DNA from: Tubiluchus corallicola
Lineage: Eukaryota > Animalia > Priapulida
DNA length: 64,000 bases
Assembly: GCA_030141605.1 (NCBI GenBank)
Contig: JAQGDQ010000238.1
Location: 186,001-250,000 of the forward strand
Direction of reading: 5' to 3'
The notes beneath the pieces were generated by a model. It did not search any database and was not told the DNA's origin. It saw nothing but the letters and a program-made list of their open reading frames with translations. Positions 52,265 to 63,899 of the stretch are shown here, in pieces. Both the position numbers and the translations under genes were made by a program. Positions within the stretch are counted from its first letter, which is position 1, and each line of letters begins with the position of its first letter.

Positions 52265-52822
52265 CTAGCTGAATACCCCGATATTGCCCGGACATTCTAT
52301 AAATGATTTCGATTGATGCGTTTCCGGCGGTTCCTGTAAGTTGGTTTTTAGAATAGGGAAACTGTCTGTCTAATCCTGACTTCGGATGGTGCAAGAGCTG
52401 CTCTCTTTCTTCTCTTCTCTTTTTTCTCCCCCTCCCTTCTCTCTCTCTTTCTCTTTTTTACTCTTTCTCCTCCTTAGTCTGTCTCGCTTTTTCTTTCTCT
52501 CTCTCTATTTTTCTTCTTTCTCTCTCTCTCTCTCTTCCCTGTCAACTTCTATTTTTCTTCTATCACTCTTGCCTTTTATCGGCCATACATTTTCTCTCTC
52601 TTCGTCTCAATTTTAACCATTGTTTTAATACTGTGTAAAATAAAACAAACATAATTATGTAATTTTAACGTTGTAACTTAACTTATAATTATAATTTTAA
52701 ACAAACAAACATACAAAAATTTATACATAAACTTTGATAAAATCCACTACCCTCGCGTGTTCTGCCTCCGTACAAGTATAAAGAAAGAACTAAAGAAAAC
52801 GACTTTTTATATTAAATATTAT
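52265..52822 (-). mobile_element. Possible non-autonomous Helitron-like element
   Basis: Minus strand ends ccgggcaatatcggggtattcagCTAG|T, resembling a Helitron 3' hairpin plus CTAG. Internal CT-rich and aaacaaac tracts; the far end is uncertain. Confidence 0.45.
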
Positions 52823-53541
52823 CGATAATATTGAGTAAAATTAGGGGGTGCTGCTGTTCCACAGTACCTATACACGAGCCGCCACTGGACTGTAGTCGTC
52901 GCAAATGTGTACACGTTTCACGCACGAGTTTCTTCTGATACGTTTAAAAATTTAACTTAACTGCAAGAGATTGTTATGATTTGCGCCTTGCTCACTTTTC
53001 CTAAAATTAATCTTTAGAGATAAAAGAACTGATGAAAAATTTGTCAAAACCAGAGTCATGTGATAAAAACGTCAATAATTTTGTTTGAATTCAGTAATTT
53101 TGTGGTTAGTATGCAAATATCGAAATGGTATACCAGTTAATGTGTGAACAAGATCTTTGTGAAAACTTTGCTTTGACATTAATTTTTTGTTCAAAAAACC
53201 TTTTTACTTGTGGATGCATTTGAATTTTGGCACGTTCTTGATCGAGATTTAAAAAATGAAGTGAACACTAATGTTAGTCTGCATAGAATGGGAGCTTGCA
53301 AGAGTTGCAAAGGAAAAATGATTCAAATGGATCCCTAGTTGTTATAAAGTAATTACCCCAGGATCGAAGATAGGTAAACTTTCCACTGCAAGTATGTGTG
53401 TGTGTTTCTTTATGGAAGCACCATTATGTAAATTACATTATAAATTAATAAACAAGAGAGATTTAATCAAGAGTGAAAAAAGCGTTTATTAGAGACAAAA
53501 TACTTTACAAAAGAATATTTTAGTTCGAGAGTACAGAACAT

Positions 53542-53960
53542 CTAACAATTAGTTCGTACAAATAAAAAAAGTGTTATCGCAACAATGTTACCCAAAGTAG
53601 CATTAATAACTCTCACACAATTGTATCTATATTTCATATAGACAATAAAATCTATAGTCCTAGTCTGAAAGGCTGATTCCAAAAAAGCTACAATATTCTT
53701 GTATAATTCGATATCTTGACTACTCATTAAAAAGACAAATTTATGATTGTCATTTGGTATGGCACAGAATGCAGGGAACAAAATTCCAACATTATTAAAA
53801 AGGATCCATCTATTATCCGGATAATGTGGATATTTCATGACTAAATGCATTTCATCTTCACAATAAATACAAGTTCGCTCACGCACAGGTATTTTATAAG
53901 GTTTACGATACCGCCCAAATTCAATGGCCAATGTCCAATGTATATTACTCTACACTGTAT
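53542..53960 (-). mobile_element. LINE (L2/Crack-type) ORF2 C-terminal remnant
   Basis: LAIEFGRY...IPVRERTCIYCEDEMHLVMKYPHY..NR matches the LxIETGRY/RxCxxC/EDExHF..CP.Y motif; degenerate. Confidence 0.75.
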
Positions 53961-54699
53961 ATAACGGTGAAAAAACTCAATACTATAATAATAATAATCC
54001 TTATTGAAACTGAGGTTTCAGTTCTGGCATCGAGTGAAAAGAGCTATTGTTGTTGCCTGATGACATCCGTTGGAATACGGGATCCGTTTGTTATACAGTG
54101 AAATATATATACAGCTTTGTCATGTCAGATAAAGCCTAATTACGCTCAGATTCAGACAGAGTCCTGATTGTCCAAGTTCAACTTCCTGCCACACGCCAGC
54201 CCGCGAAACTTCGCAGGAATTTCTTCCGTTTGGAATAATTGCAACGTAATATCGATTTAACAACCCAAAACGAAAAAAATGTTGCACGAGACATTTGAAT
54301 GGGTTTAACTGCACGTTACTTTGTTATTTATTATCCGCCAAAGCAAACAACCATGACAGAAGCTGTAAGAAACTACTATATTTAAAATAATCACTAGATA
54401 ATCGTATCTTTATAACTGACCGAAGTATCATTAATTATATTTAATAACTTAACTCACAAATTGGTAAGCCCCGACTTAGTTAAAAAAGTTACTAACTATA
54501 ATCCCAACCGTGATTATATAGTTGATCTAATTTAGTAATGCAATTAAATATCAAATAACCGTAATTTGTTGTTGTATATAATTGTATAATGAGAGTCTGT
54601 GCATTGGGAGTAGGAAGCAGTACGTACAGGTCACTTCTGCACTGATCGTAACAGCCTATTTACACAAAATTATTGTCATTCATTTTCTAAACATTATTG

Positions 54700-54882
54700 T
54701 TACTATTGCTATTATTATTGATTGTTGTTATTATTATTATTATTATTATGATGATGATTATTATTACTATTATTATTATTATCATTATCATCATCATCAT
54801 CATCATCATCATCACCATCATTATTATTATCATTATTATTATTATTATTACTATTTTATGTTTATAATAATAATATTATTAT
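54700..54882. repeat. Compound (TAT)n/(CAT)n repeat
   Basis: Explains the poly-Tyr/His ORF at 54582. Confidence 0.92.
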
Positions 54883-56585
54883 TTGCATTTTGTGAATTTA
54901 AGGTTGAATTCATCTGTTATTCAATGTTTCTTCTACAGTCAAAGATTGAGCACATATTTCTTTTGTTTTAGCACCTTCTCTGCTAATGCAACTATAGAAA
55001 AAAAACAATAGGAATCCTTTAAAACAACGTCATAGCTGTGATGTGATGCAAAAACAAACCGCTTAGAAACGTGCCATCTAGGATATATTAAAAATTACAT
55101 AAACCATTACAAGCATGAAAGTGTCCAAAAACAAATACACCCCTAAGCCCAATAACGCAGGTATTCAAAGTACCCACAGAAGTCGTACCTGGACGGCCTT
55201 ATTTAAATCCCACTTAATTCTGAATCAGTTCACAAGCACTCGTTATCACAGATTACCCTGACAGTTTGAGGCCCGCCTACCTTTTATCGGCCACTTGAAC
55301 CGGTCAGTCTTCCACGCGACTGGCCTTCGGTCAATGCTCAACTGCCTTTACTTCGCTCGAAAAGTCATTTACGCCTCTTAAATCGATACTTACCAAGGAT
55401 TTATCAACAGCTAGCTTGTCATTCCCTGCGCTTACTCGATTTAATTGAACTATATCATCCAAATTCTCAAAGTACAAATGCATACAATTTTTTATTTTAT
55501 AAAGTAGGGAGCTTACAGAAATCCTTTCTTTGCTCAGTTTTCGTTACTGTTTTTTTACACAGTTTTTTTATTAGCAGTACAGCAAAAGTATGTAAAGAGT
55601 AAACCGAAACTTAAGGTGGCAGCCTGAAAGTTTATAGCCAAACGGAATGAAAATCAGTAACCACAATTCAAAAGCAGAATGGCAACAGGGCAAGCACAAA
55701 CAACAGAAAGGCAACAACATCGTCAGCAATGAGGTGCTTAAAAGTGTATGTTTTAAATGGCACGTTTCTGAGCAGTGTATTGCTCTATTTACTAATCTTA
55801 CTAATGTTTTTTGTAAGCTAATGTTCATAAAACCGAATTAAAAGATAAAATTGGCTGAACCTGGTTAGTTTTTTGCAAACGCATCAAGAATGAAATTAGT
55901 TGATAAAATGAGGTCATTTATTAAAATGACAATACATTCGATATAGCAAGGCAAAAAAGGTGAGGCACACCCAAATACCGACCACCCAATACGTGACTAT
56001 ACTAATTACTATATTGACTTGCGTCTATGATGATAAACATAATAAAGCATGGCTTGCAATACTACATTAAAATATTATACCATACACCTAGCAAAGCAGT
56101 TTCAACAGTAGTGGTACATTACATATAAAAATCCCGCACTACAGAAAAAACACTGCAATGTTAAAAGTACCTAAACCTAAAGTTCAGGCAAAAATGACAT
56201 TCCTACTTTAGTAGTGGGTGGAGTAAGGGTGGGTTTTTCTCATCCAGCGACAGCAGGCAAATGGATGATTTTCGACAAGACGAGGGATGTCATTCGTTGA
56301 ATGGTCGGCTAGAAACAATGCGCGCGACACTGGCGCGCATGCTCACTAACATTCCTTACAAAAACTCATTTATTGCTATTCTATCAATAAATTCACCTTA
56401 TTTTAATTGTTAAATCTGTCACAGTCTATATTGAACACTCAAGCTTAATTTTCATTGAAACAATATTATATGAATTCTTGTTTAAGTTCTAAATCATGTT
56501 TTGTGGGTTTTGTGGGGAGAATCTATGTATCAGTTATATGAGACTGTCTAACTCATACCAATAAATTATGTTTAAAATAAAAAAA

Positions 56586-56785
56586 CATCAGCAACAGCAA
56601 AATACTAAGGCAAAACCACCAACAGCAACTACAGCGGAAAACAGTAACAATATCAACAGCAAAAACGACAACAAAACAATAAGAGCAACATCAAGTGCAA
56701 CACCTGAATAACAACAACGACAATAGCAACAATACCGAGAGCAAAAAAACAACGTCAACGTAAAAAAACAAGGTAGTAGCAATGC
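56586..56785. repeat. Degenerate (CAA/CAG)n repeat
   Basis: Direct inspection. Confidence 0.75.
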
Positions 56786-56819
56786 TGATTAATAAGAGCA
56801 CTATATAGCCAAATATAGC

Positions 56820-58340
56820 AAGCATTTTAAGTATCATAATCATAGAGTTATCGGTAGGGTGTATTACAGAACGTTTTTACTTATTTTTTTATATTTATTT
56901 TTCATCACTAACGTCACCACCATTGCCCTTCCTTTCACCCTTATGGCGCCTAGTCACCCGGCATCATGGTCATCATCAGTATCATCCCAATCGTCGCCGT
57001 CAACATGGTAATCAAATAGTAAGTAGCATGACAAGTAGCAGAGGCTGTAGTTTAGTCCTGGCAACAATTATTGTGTCACATTCAAATCCCAGTTTTTATG
57101 ATTTTCCTCTGACCAAAAGACCTCGGCATATCAGAGACCTTACTAATTTAGAAAGAATCAACTAATCGTTTTATGTTTCAAATGACTCTCATACAGCATG
57201 TAGTGTTTGCCACTTAAACCCACTAAAATAGTTTCTTCTGAAAATTTAAATAGCAAAGAAAGCAAATATTATAATTTCGTTCCTCAAAATTTTACCAAGA
57301 AATGCCTACATCTTCTCAACACGTCATTTCAGTTTTCTGAAAACTTACAGTTTTTCTCAAATCCCATATCTTGTTACCGCGGGAAAACGAGAGAAAAAAG
57401 TTTCCCTGTAGAAAACCATATAGTGAAATTTTTAGTCAAATTAACAAAATCAAGTATTTCTCAGAAATCTTTGTTTACTGGTCCGCTAGTTTGCCATTAC
57501 CATCAAATATAATATAGTCAAGTTTTATTTTTGATCATGGTTTTTCTTTACTCAGTATAAGTAATATACCCTCCAAAAAAACAAGAATAGCAATATTTCT
57601 ACAGTCATAAAGCCTTCGTTAAGTGGCGTTTACGTAGCATCCGGATGCGAAGGCGTCTTGGGGGGTGCGGAATAGATAAAATCGGTTTACATTGTTTTCA
57701 ATGCACCCGTTTATGCAGCCTGCGTTATTCTTTTAATGCAGCAATTCCTATTGATTTTTCCGTAGGCTATTCCGCAGCTGTTCTGGAGTGGAAAGCGCAT
57801 CCGCATTCGTATCCGGATGCCACGTAAACGCTACTTTATACTGCAGCCAAAAAATCCACACAGATGAAGGAAAAGTGGATCAGCACATGCATATACATTA
57901 GTTGCGTATGTACTGAAAACGTATGGCTATGATTCAGGGTATGACAACACAGTTTTAAAGTTTTAGACTGCGGATACTATTCCATGCATAGTTGGAAAGT
58001 AAATTGCTGTAAAGTCTTTTCACGTTTATCGTGAACACGCTCTGTTTTACATTAATCTAATTTATGTTGATTTGCCAATATCAGAGTTCTTAAACCAATG
58101 GTCTGATCAAAATGTAGAAAGCAAACATTTTAAGTATCATAATCGCAGAGTTATCGGTAGGGTGATTTACATAACGCTTTGCTTGCATTTTTCAATTTAT
58201 TCATCATTAATATCACCGCCATGGCCGTCACTTTCACCACTGTGGCGGCTAGTGACCGGCATCATTTTGGTCATCATCAATATCATTCAGTCGTCACCGT
58301 CAGCATGTTAATCCAATAGTAAGCAGCACGACAAGTCACT
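56820..58340 (+). repeat. Diverged ~220-bp direct repeats (~56820-57040 and ~58120-58340)
   Basis: Both start cattttaagtatcataatc..agagttatcggtagggtg and end aatagtaag.agca.gacaagt. Confidence 0.8.
57622..57835. mobile_element. PIF/Harbinger-type (Tourist-like) MITE, 214 bp
   Basis: TIRs agtggcgtttacgtagcatccggatgcga / tcgtatccggatgccacgtaaacgctact, with TTA target-site duplication at 57619-57621 and 57836-57838. Confidence 0.8.
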
Positions 58341-58781
58341 CTGCAGGTAACATTGATTATTAATACGATTTTCATAGGCAGAAAACGACAAGACATGCCT
58401 TGGGCAAATTTAAGACAAAACTGTAGAACTTTAAAACTCATACACAAGTTTCTTTGTTTGTAATTCACGTAAACTATTTTTAAAGCCTGTTGCAACACGT
58501 AGAGTGTCCCAGTTCCTTTTAGTGTTGGAATCATGCCACACATTACCACTGTTGACATTTCCCACGGTTGTTCAAAAACTTTACCATCAGTTTAAGTACA
58601 TAATACGCGGTTTATCTGGCCAGCCCTTACTACGGTAAATACTTCAGCCAACTGCCAAAAGCAGCTACCGTCGTAGGCCTATTACTCATAAGCGAATCTT
58701 TTAGTATCGCTGCACAATATATAGAGGCCTATTTCGAGCCTATTGCAAAATATAGAAAAGTTGAAACTATGGCGAATTATT

Positions 58782-59080
58782 ATTAATTAGCTAGATTATG
58801 ACTGTGATTGCTAGAGTGTATATAAACTATTGAGGTTTATTTTTAACAATTATTACCCATTGCGGGTAAAGAATTGGAGGAAGAAAAAGGATGAAATCTC
58901 GGGCCTGTTCTGTCATATTGAACTAGTAGCTCATGGGAGTACTGATCCGAGGTCTCGGGTTCAAATACCGACTAGTCCACAATTTTTCAGCGTTTCCTTT
59001 CTTTCTTTAACTATTAAAAATATAAACCACAATGGTTTCTAAACACTCTGGCAATCACAGTCATAATCTAACTAATTAAT
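58782..59080. mobile_element. Palindromic element with a degenerate tRNA-like sequence in its loop
   Basis: Arms attaattagctagattatgactgtgattgctagagtgt / acactctggcaatcacagtcataatctaactaattaat; central 58920-58979 is tRNA-like. Confidence 0.7.
58920..58979 (+). pseudogene. tRNA-derived (SINE-head-like) pseudo-tRNA
   Basis: Acceptor-like gaactag...ctagtcc, A-box-like tagctca.tgg, B-box gggttcaaatacc. Too short, with an incomplete anticodon arm, to be a real tRNA. Confidence 0.55.
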
Positions 59081-60672
59081 GATATGGTTAGTCACCAGTT
59101 AATTTGAGAAAAGAGTTTTTGACGACTTATTATCACAGTTGTTTCATATTCTCTTTTGACTTGTTTGCATGTACATTATTCACACAAATTAGTAGCATGG
59201 AAACATTAAATATAACTTGCTCCTATTGTGCATAAGTTCAAAAAATAATACAATTAACGTGACTTAATTTTACTATCTGGCATGGCAATAGTTATAGACA
59301 CTGTTACCATAACGCATATATATTGTCTTCCTAAAAAATTAATCATTTTTCATTAACGCAGAAAAAGAACTGAATGTTTTCATTTTTCAATTTATACTAA
59401 TCAGATGACAAAGTTGTGGATTTCGTTACGCCAATAATTCAGTTTGTAACATACGCTCCGTAAAATTTAAAGGAACATGTGTCTCTACAAATGATTTTAT
59501 TAATTTTGCATCTCTAACGGTAAAGATGAAGTTCACTTCTAAATACAGGCTGCAAGTGTTTCTTGTTCGGCGGAGTATATTATGTATTTTACTTATCGTG
59601 CTATGCTTATGCATTGTGTTATGTGTTATGTATTATGTGTATGTTGTAATAAATTTGTCTTACCTTTATTGTGTACTTGACTTATCGTATTGTGCCTATG
59701 TATTGCACAATGTACCTATCATTTCTACGCATGTAAATGAGTGTACTGAATTGTTGCTTTAGTTTTGCACCGGACGCATTTTCGTTTAGCAGCGTTTTAA
59801 TATTGAAAATGATTTTAACACCGAGGATTGTAATTTTTTTGTAATCTACTTTTTAGCAAAAGTATAGTTAGATATGTACATATATATATATTATTTTGAA
59901 TAGAAACACTTTAAAATTTTCTGGTTCTAAAAGAAAATAATGACAAATTATCATATTGTTGTTTAATCGGTGAGCAAATAGATATAAATTAAAACAGCAA
60001 AAATGGACATTAGTAAACGCTTGCAACCAATTATGTTTCAATGCCAACAGACGCATTTTCACTGTTGGCAAAACAAACAATAAACAAAGAAACAAAAGTG
60101 GTGCCAAAAATACACTTGATACCAGCAATGCTTTTCAAAATTACTCCTGTAACCTAACGTGATCGCAGATATTAGTTAGGCCTATGATAAATTTACACAT
60201 TTTTACAAAAGTTGTTTCAAAATTACATTTTACTATCCTAACGAGACCCTGTCAAAACGTACGATTCTTATTTCTATGATTCTTTTTACTGAGTTCATAT
60301 TTATTTAATCATGTGAACGGCAACTGATTTTATTACGCTAAAGTGAAAGCAAGATCTATTCGAAAGTTTGGGGCCTTTCCACTATCAGTCTGCCGCTATA
60401 GATTTATTGTCTTCAAAGATTTATCCGTTAAGCCATAACAGCATAACTAATACGGTAGCCGTTGAATTGTATAAAAGAGTTTATAGGGTGGACAATAAGA
60501 CTGAGCTACAGGAGTCTGGAGAGTTAACGTCCAAGAAATATTTCTCTGAAAATTTTCTTCTTGCGACAATCGCAGAGACAACGCTACCTATAGTCATCCG
60601 CCCCAAGGATAATCTTTGCTTTCTAAGGCGTATAAAGATGATGTCTACCTCCCTCCAGGCCATTATTAGCAG

Positions 60673-60869
60673 TTCCCACGCTCTGTGCGGGTTTACCAGC
60701 ATTCCAAACTTACAGAACTTGCTTGTAGTATTTTGTCTACGGAGATTATGGGGAGGATTTTGACAGTAAAATAACAAGGTATGGGAAGATGGGACGCACG
60801 CGAACTCCCCGCTGCAATGCTCAGGTGCGGTAAAAATTTCGGTGGCACAGGTGGCTTGGGTCACGTGAC
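60673..60869. promoter_or_regulatory. Candidate 3' enhancer of HES gene B
   Basis: TTCCCACG 60673-60680, TATGGGAA 60780-60787, CACGCG 60797-60802, CAGGTG 60822-60827, ACAGGTG 60847-60853, GTCACGTGAC 60860-60869 in a GC-rich patch. Confidence 0.5.
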
Positions 60870-61351
60870 TAATTTCAACGGGGATAACCGCGAACCCTCA
60901 CATTTTACTTACAGCCTTAATTTATTTAATCCATACTAAATGAAACAAAACTTCTAATTTACTTGTTTTGTAGGAAGATGAAAATGGTATGAATTCGCCT
61001 ACCTTTAAGCTCTAACAATTCAAATAGGAAGTCGGATTCTTATGCCAAAAGTAAATTGACGTTACTTAACTCCTAGTCTTTTTTCTGTACAGACAGACGG
61101 TGAAAATGAATTAGATTGTAACATGTACACAAATTTACAAAAAACAAGAACAAGAACACGGGAATCTATTTTTTTGAAAAAACACGGGAATCTATTTATT
61201 TGAAAAAACAACAAGTATGGACTTCCTAACAATTTTATTTAATAGACTAGAACTTAAGTGTTGTCATCTAATTAGTTTTAATTAATGATCTATAACCAGT
61301 AATTAATAATCAATAAAAATTGCAACACAACTATTTTAGGTAAGAATGAAA

Positions 61352-61357
61352 TTTATT
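61352..61357 (-). terminator. Likely polyadenylation signal (AATAAA) of HES gene B; alternatives at 61234-61239 and 61195-61200
   Basis: First AATAAA seen on the sense strand, ~500 nt after the stop. Confidence 0.5.
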
Positions 61358-61852
61358 ACAATCATTATTTACAAATATCTAAATTTAAATTTCTAATAGA
61401 AAAAATAAGATTAGTACTTTGCAAAATCTATATATAAAGGTAAGCCACGCACTGAAGAAAAATATGAGCGCGCGTCCACTGTGTACTGAAGTTTCATAGT
61501 TCGTGTATCAGCACTCAAGTAGTCAACAATTTCAGAAGCTGTAACAAGAACATTTTAGCATATATATATTTAACTGTAGTTCAATACAAGAAAAATCTTT
61601 CAACATTGAGCAAAGTCTGTCATATCAAAACCTGTGAATGGCTTAGTTATTCTAAACTCTAAAATCTATGTCTTAGTTTGAAATATCGGACCAGTTTTAA
61701 AACTTTTTTAAGAGTTAAAATAGCGCAGCTGTGATTTTTTAAAATAAAAATTTGAAAAACTCTTTGTGCATTTGATAAAGTATGAGAACAAGCTAATAAA
61801 ACCTCAGGAAATCGAAGTAAATTAGGCACTGATTTGGGAGTCAAAGACGCAG

Positions 61853-62614
61853 TCACCAAGGTCTCCAAACTGGTTCTTCCTTCACTGGTGGACCTGGTTG
61901 CTTCCCATTATTACTAGGCGGTAGTGTTAATGCTGAAGTTTTAGGACTGCTAGGAGATGATGACGATGACGAGGGCGATGCTGACTGCAATGTTGTTACA
62001 GGATTAACTGTAGCTTGAGTTGCTGTAGGTGCAGTGGTCGAACTGGAAGAACTCGAAAGTGCATTTAAAGAAACAAACTGACTGGCCATAGCACTGGGAA
62101 TAATAAATGCTAATTCTCCTGTAGGAAGTCGACTAGGAATTACTTGAAGACCACCCAAGAGCCTTGACGAACTAAGTCCTTCACTACTGCTGTCAGCTGC
62201 ACATATGGTACTACTTGGAAACTGGTGCACCGTGGGTACAACTCTAACACCACCTGAAATAATTTGACCATTAGGCAGTATGAGCGTTGGACTGACTTGA
62301 GCAGTTTCCGTGTGGATGACTGGTGATCCTGCAGCACGTGCTGGATAAATTTGTGGTGTGACACCGTTTATTCGCTGCATTGTCCCAGCTAAGTGGTCAA
62401 GCAGCCTAAGCTTGACGTTATTATCTATGCTACTGACATTGCTCATATAGCGCGTAACTTCCTCTGCACATTCTGTGAAACCTGCTCTGTATTTTCCCAT
62501 GACGCTTGGATCTTCTGAAGCCGCGGCGGCAATCTGTTGCCTCTGCATGGTCTGCAGGTATTTCACTGTCATTTCCAAAATGTCAGCTTTTTCCAGCTTC
62601 GAGTGACGGGAAGA
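61853..62614 (-). CDS. HES1-like: hairy/HES1-like bHLH-Orange-WRPW repressor, gene B, terminal exon (5' exons lie beyond 64000)
   Basis: Acceptor tatatttcag at 62615-62624, then SSRHSKLEKADILEMTVKYLQTMQRQQIAAAASEDPSVMGKYRAGFTECAEEVTRYMS..VKLRLLDHLA...GGLQVIPSRLPTGELAFIIP...EPVWRPW*; 762 nt in frame. No KPxxEKRRR exon found in 62615-64000. Confidence 0.96.
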   Translation of the reverse strand, partial: SSRHSKLEKADILEMTVKYLQTMQRQQIAAAASEDPSVMGKYRAGFTECAEEVTRYMSNVSSIDNNVKLRLLDHLAGTMQRINGVTPQIYPARAAGSPVIHTETAQVSPTLILPNGQIISGGVRVVPTVHQFPSSTICAADSSSEGLSSSRLLGGLQVIPSRLPTGELAFIIPSAMASQFVSLNALSSSSSSTTAPTATQATVNPVTTLQSASPSSSSSSPSSPKTSALTLPPSNNGKQPGPPVKEEPVWRPW

Positions 62615-63578
62615 CTGAAATATAAACAGATCACTATTTATAATGACCGTTTTAGAATCACACAGAGACTAAACTAGAATAACAAATAATCCAAAAAGCA
62701 GTAGTGCAATAAACCTTGCAGACTACAATACGGACACTATGAACACCGTCGATGGTTATAATCCGGTTTCATAAATAATTCTTTTTACACGTTCCGTTCT
62801 TTAGATTGAAACTACCTCTGCAGTTTGATAATTGTGAATACATGTCTTCATGTGTTTGTTTCACTTTTTGTAATTATATTTTTAATTATAGTAACTATTT
62901 TTTACTGTTGTGCTTTGTACCCCAAACTAAGAACGTGGTTCTCAAACGCCCAGGTCGAATTTTTCCCATCTTCCTCAATCCCAGGCATTTTGGATCGTCA
63001 TTTTTATTTTTTACCATTTTAAGTTTGCGGCGCAGCAGTGGCAGTTGTTAGAAAGTTATGTTTGTGTATCTGTTAAACTTCTACTTGGATTAATATCTAA
63101 ATCATATTGGAGATAAGTACAAAAGTTCTTTCTTAAGTGCCGGGATAAGAAAGGGAGAATACTAGCGAATTCGTCGAAAAACAAAGCACTTATTTGAGAT
63201 CTAATACTACAAGGATAAACAAAATATACAGAGTATATGCACTCTTTCCTGTATGGAGTTCCTCTTTCATCTGTAATCCTCTCAATTCATCCTCTGGCAA
63301 AATTCCTCCCCTTATGTTTGAAATTTCTCCGCTATGAGCCGTTTGAGAATCACTGGCACAGAATAAATTTGAAACCTCTTAGAAGGGGAGGGGGCGAGCA
63401 AGATAAATTAATTTGATTAACATTGTTCTTCTCCACCGACAGTGACGAATTCTAAAAACAAGAATTTAGCCACAATCAATCAGTAGCTGTTCTCTTGTTT
63501 GACACGTTCTCGTCGCGAGCACCTCAGATTATTACTAAACAGAAGGCTACTTTTTGCTATTTAGGTTAGAAAAGAGAC

Positions 63579-63586
63579 CGTGAGAA
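63579..63586 (+). promoter_or_regulatory. Single consensus Su(H)/RBPJ site in the intron of HES gene B
   Basis: CGTGAGAA; no paired partner found. Confidence 0.3.
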
Positions 63587-63899
63587 ACGAGAGAGTAATT
63601 TTCGTAATTACCCACTCATATTTATATTACGTCTTTGTTTGCCCCATGAAAAGAAGGTACAATGGCCGCAGTATATACTTTTGTGAGCCATTTAACATTC
63701 TAGGACATCGAACCAGTTAAAATTAATTCAACGGGTCAGATGCACATTTCTTCAAAGACTTTTTTACTTGGCGGACGTAATACATGATAATGCAGCAGAG
63801 AAAAGAAAGTATTTTAACTTAACCTATTTCTGCTAAAGTAGGAAAGTTTGGCATAATACAGAATATATATATATGTGTATACGAAAAGAAGAAATCCAT

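Noticed and set aside
54000-54095. Hammerhead ribozyme (GAAAC...CTGATGA)
   Set aside because: The core words are present, but stems I and II cannot be formed.
56936-58260. SPLWRLVT in both copies of the direct repeat as decayed Hes WRPW tails
   Set aside because: WRLV is not followed by a stop, and there is no Orange, HC or bHLH similarity upstream; likely coincidence.
60368-60864. Overlapping 131-aa and 127-aa ORFs
   Set aside because: No recognisable domain or splice context; better explained by a GC-richer regulatory patch.
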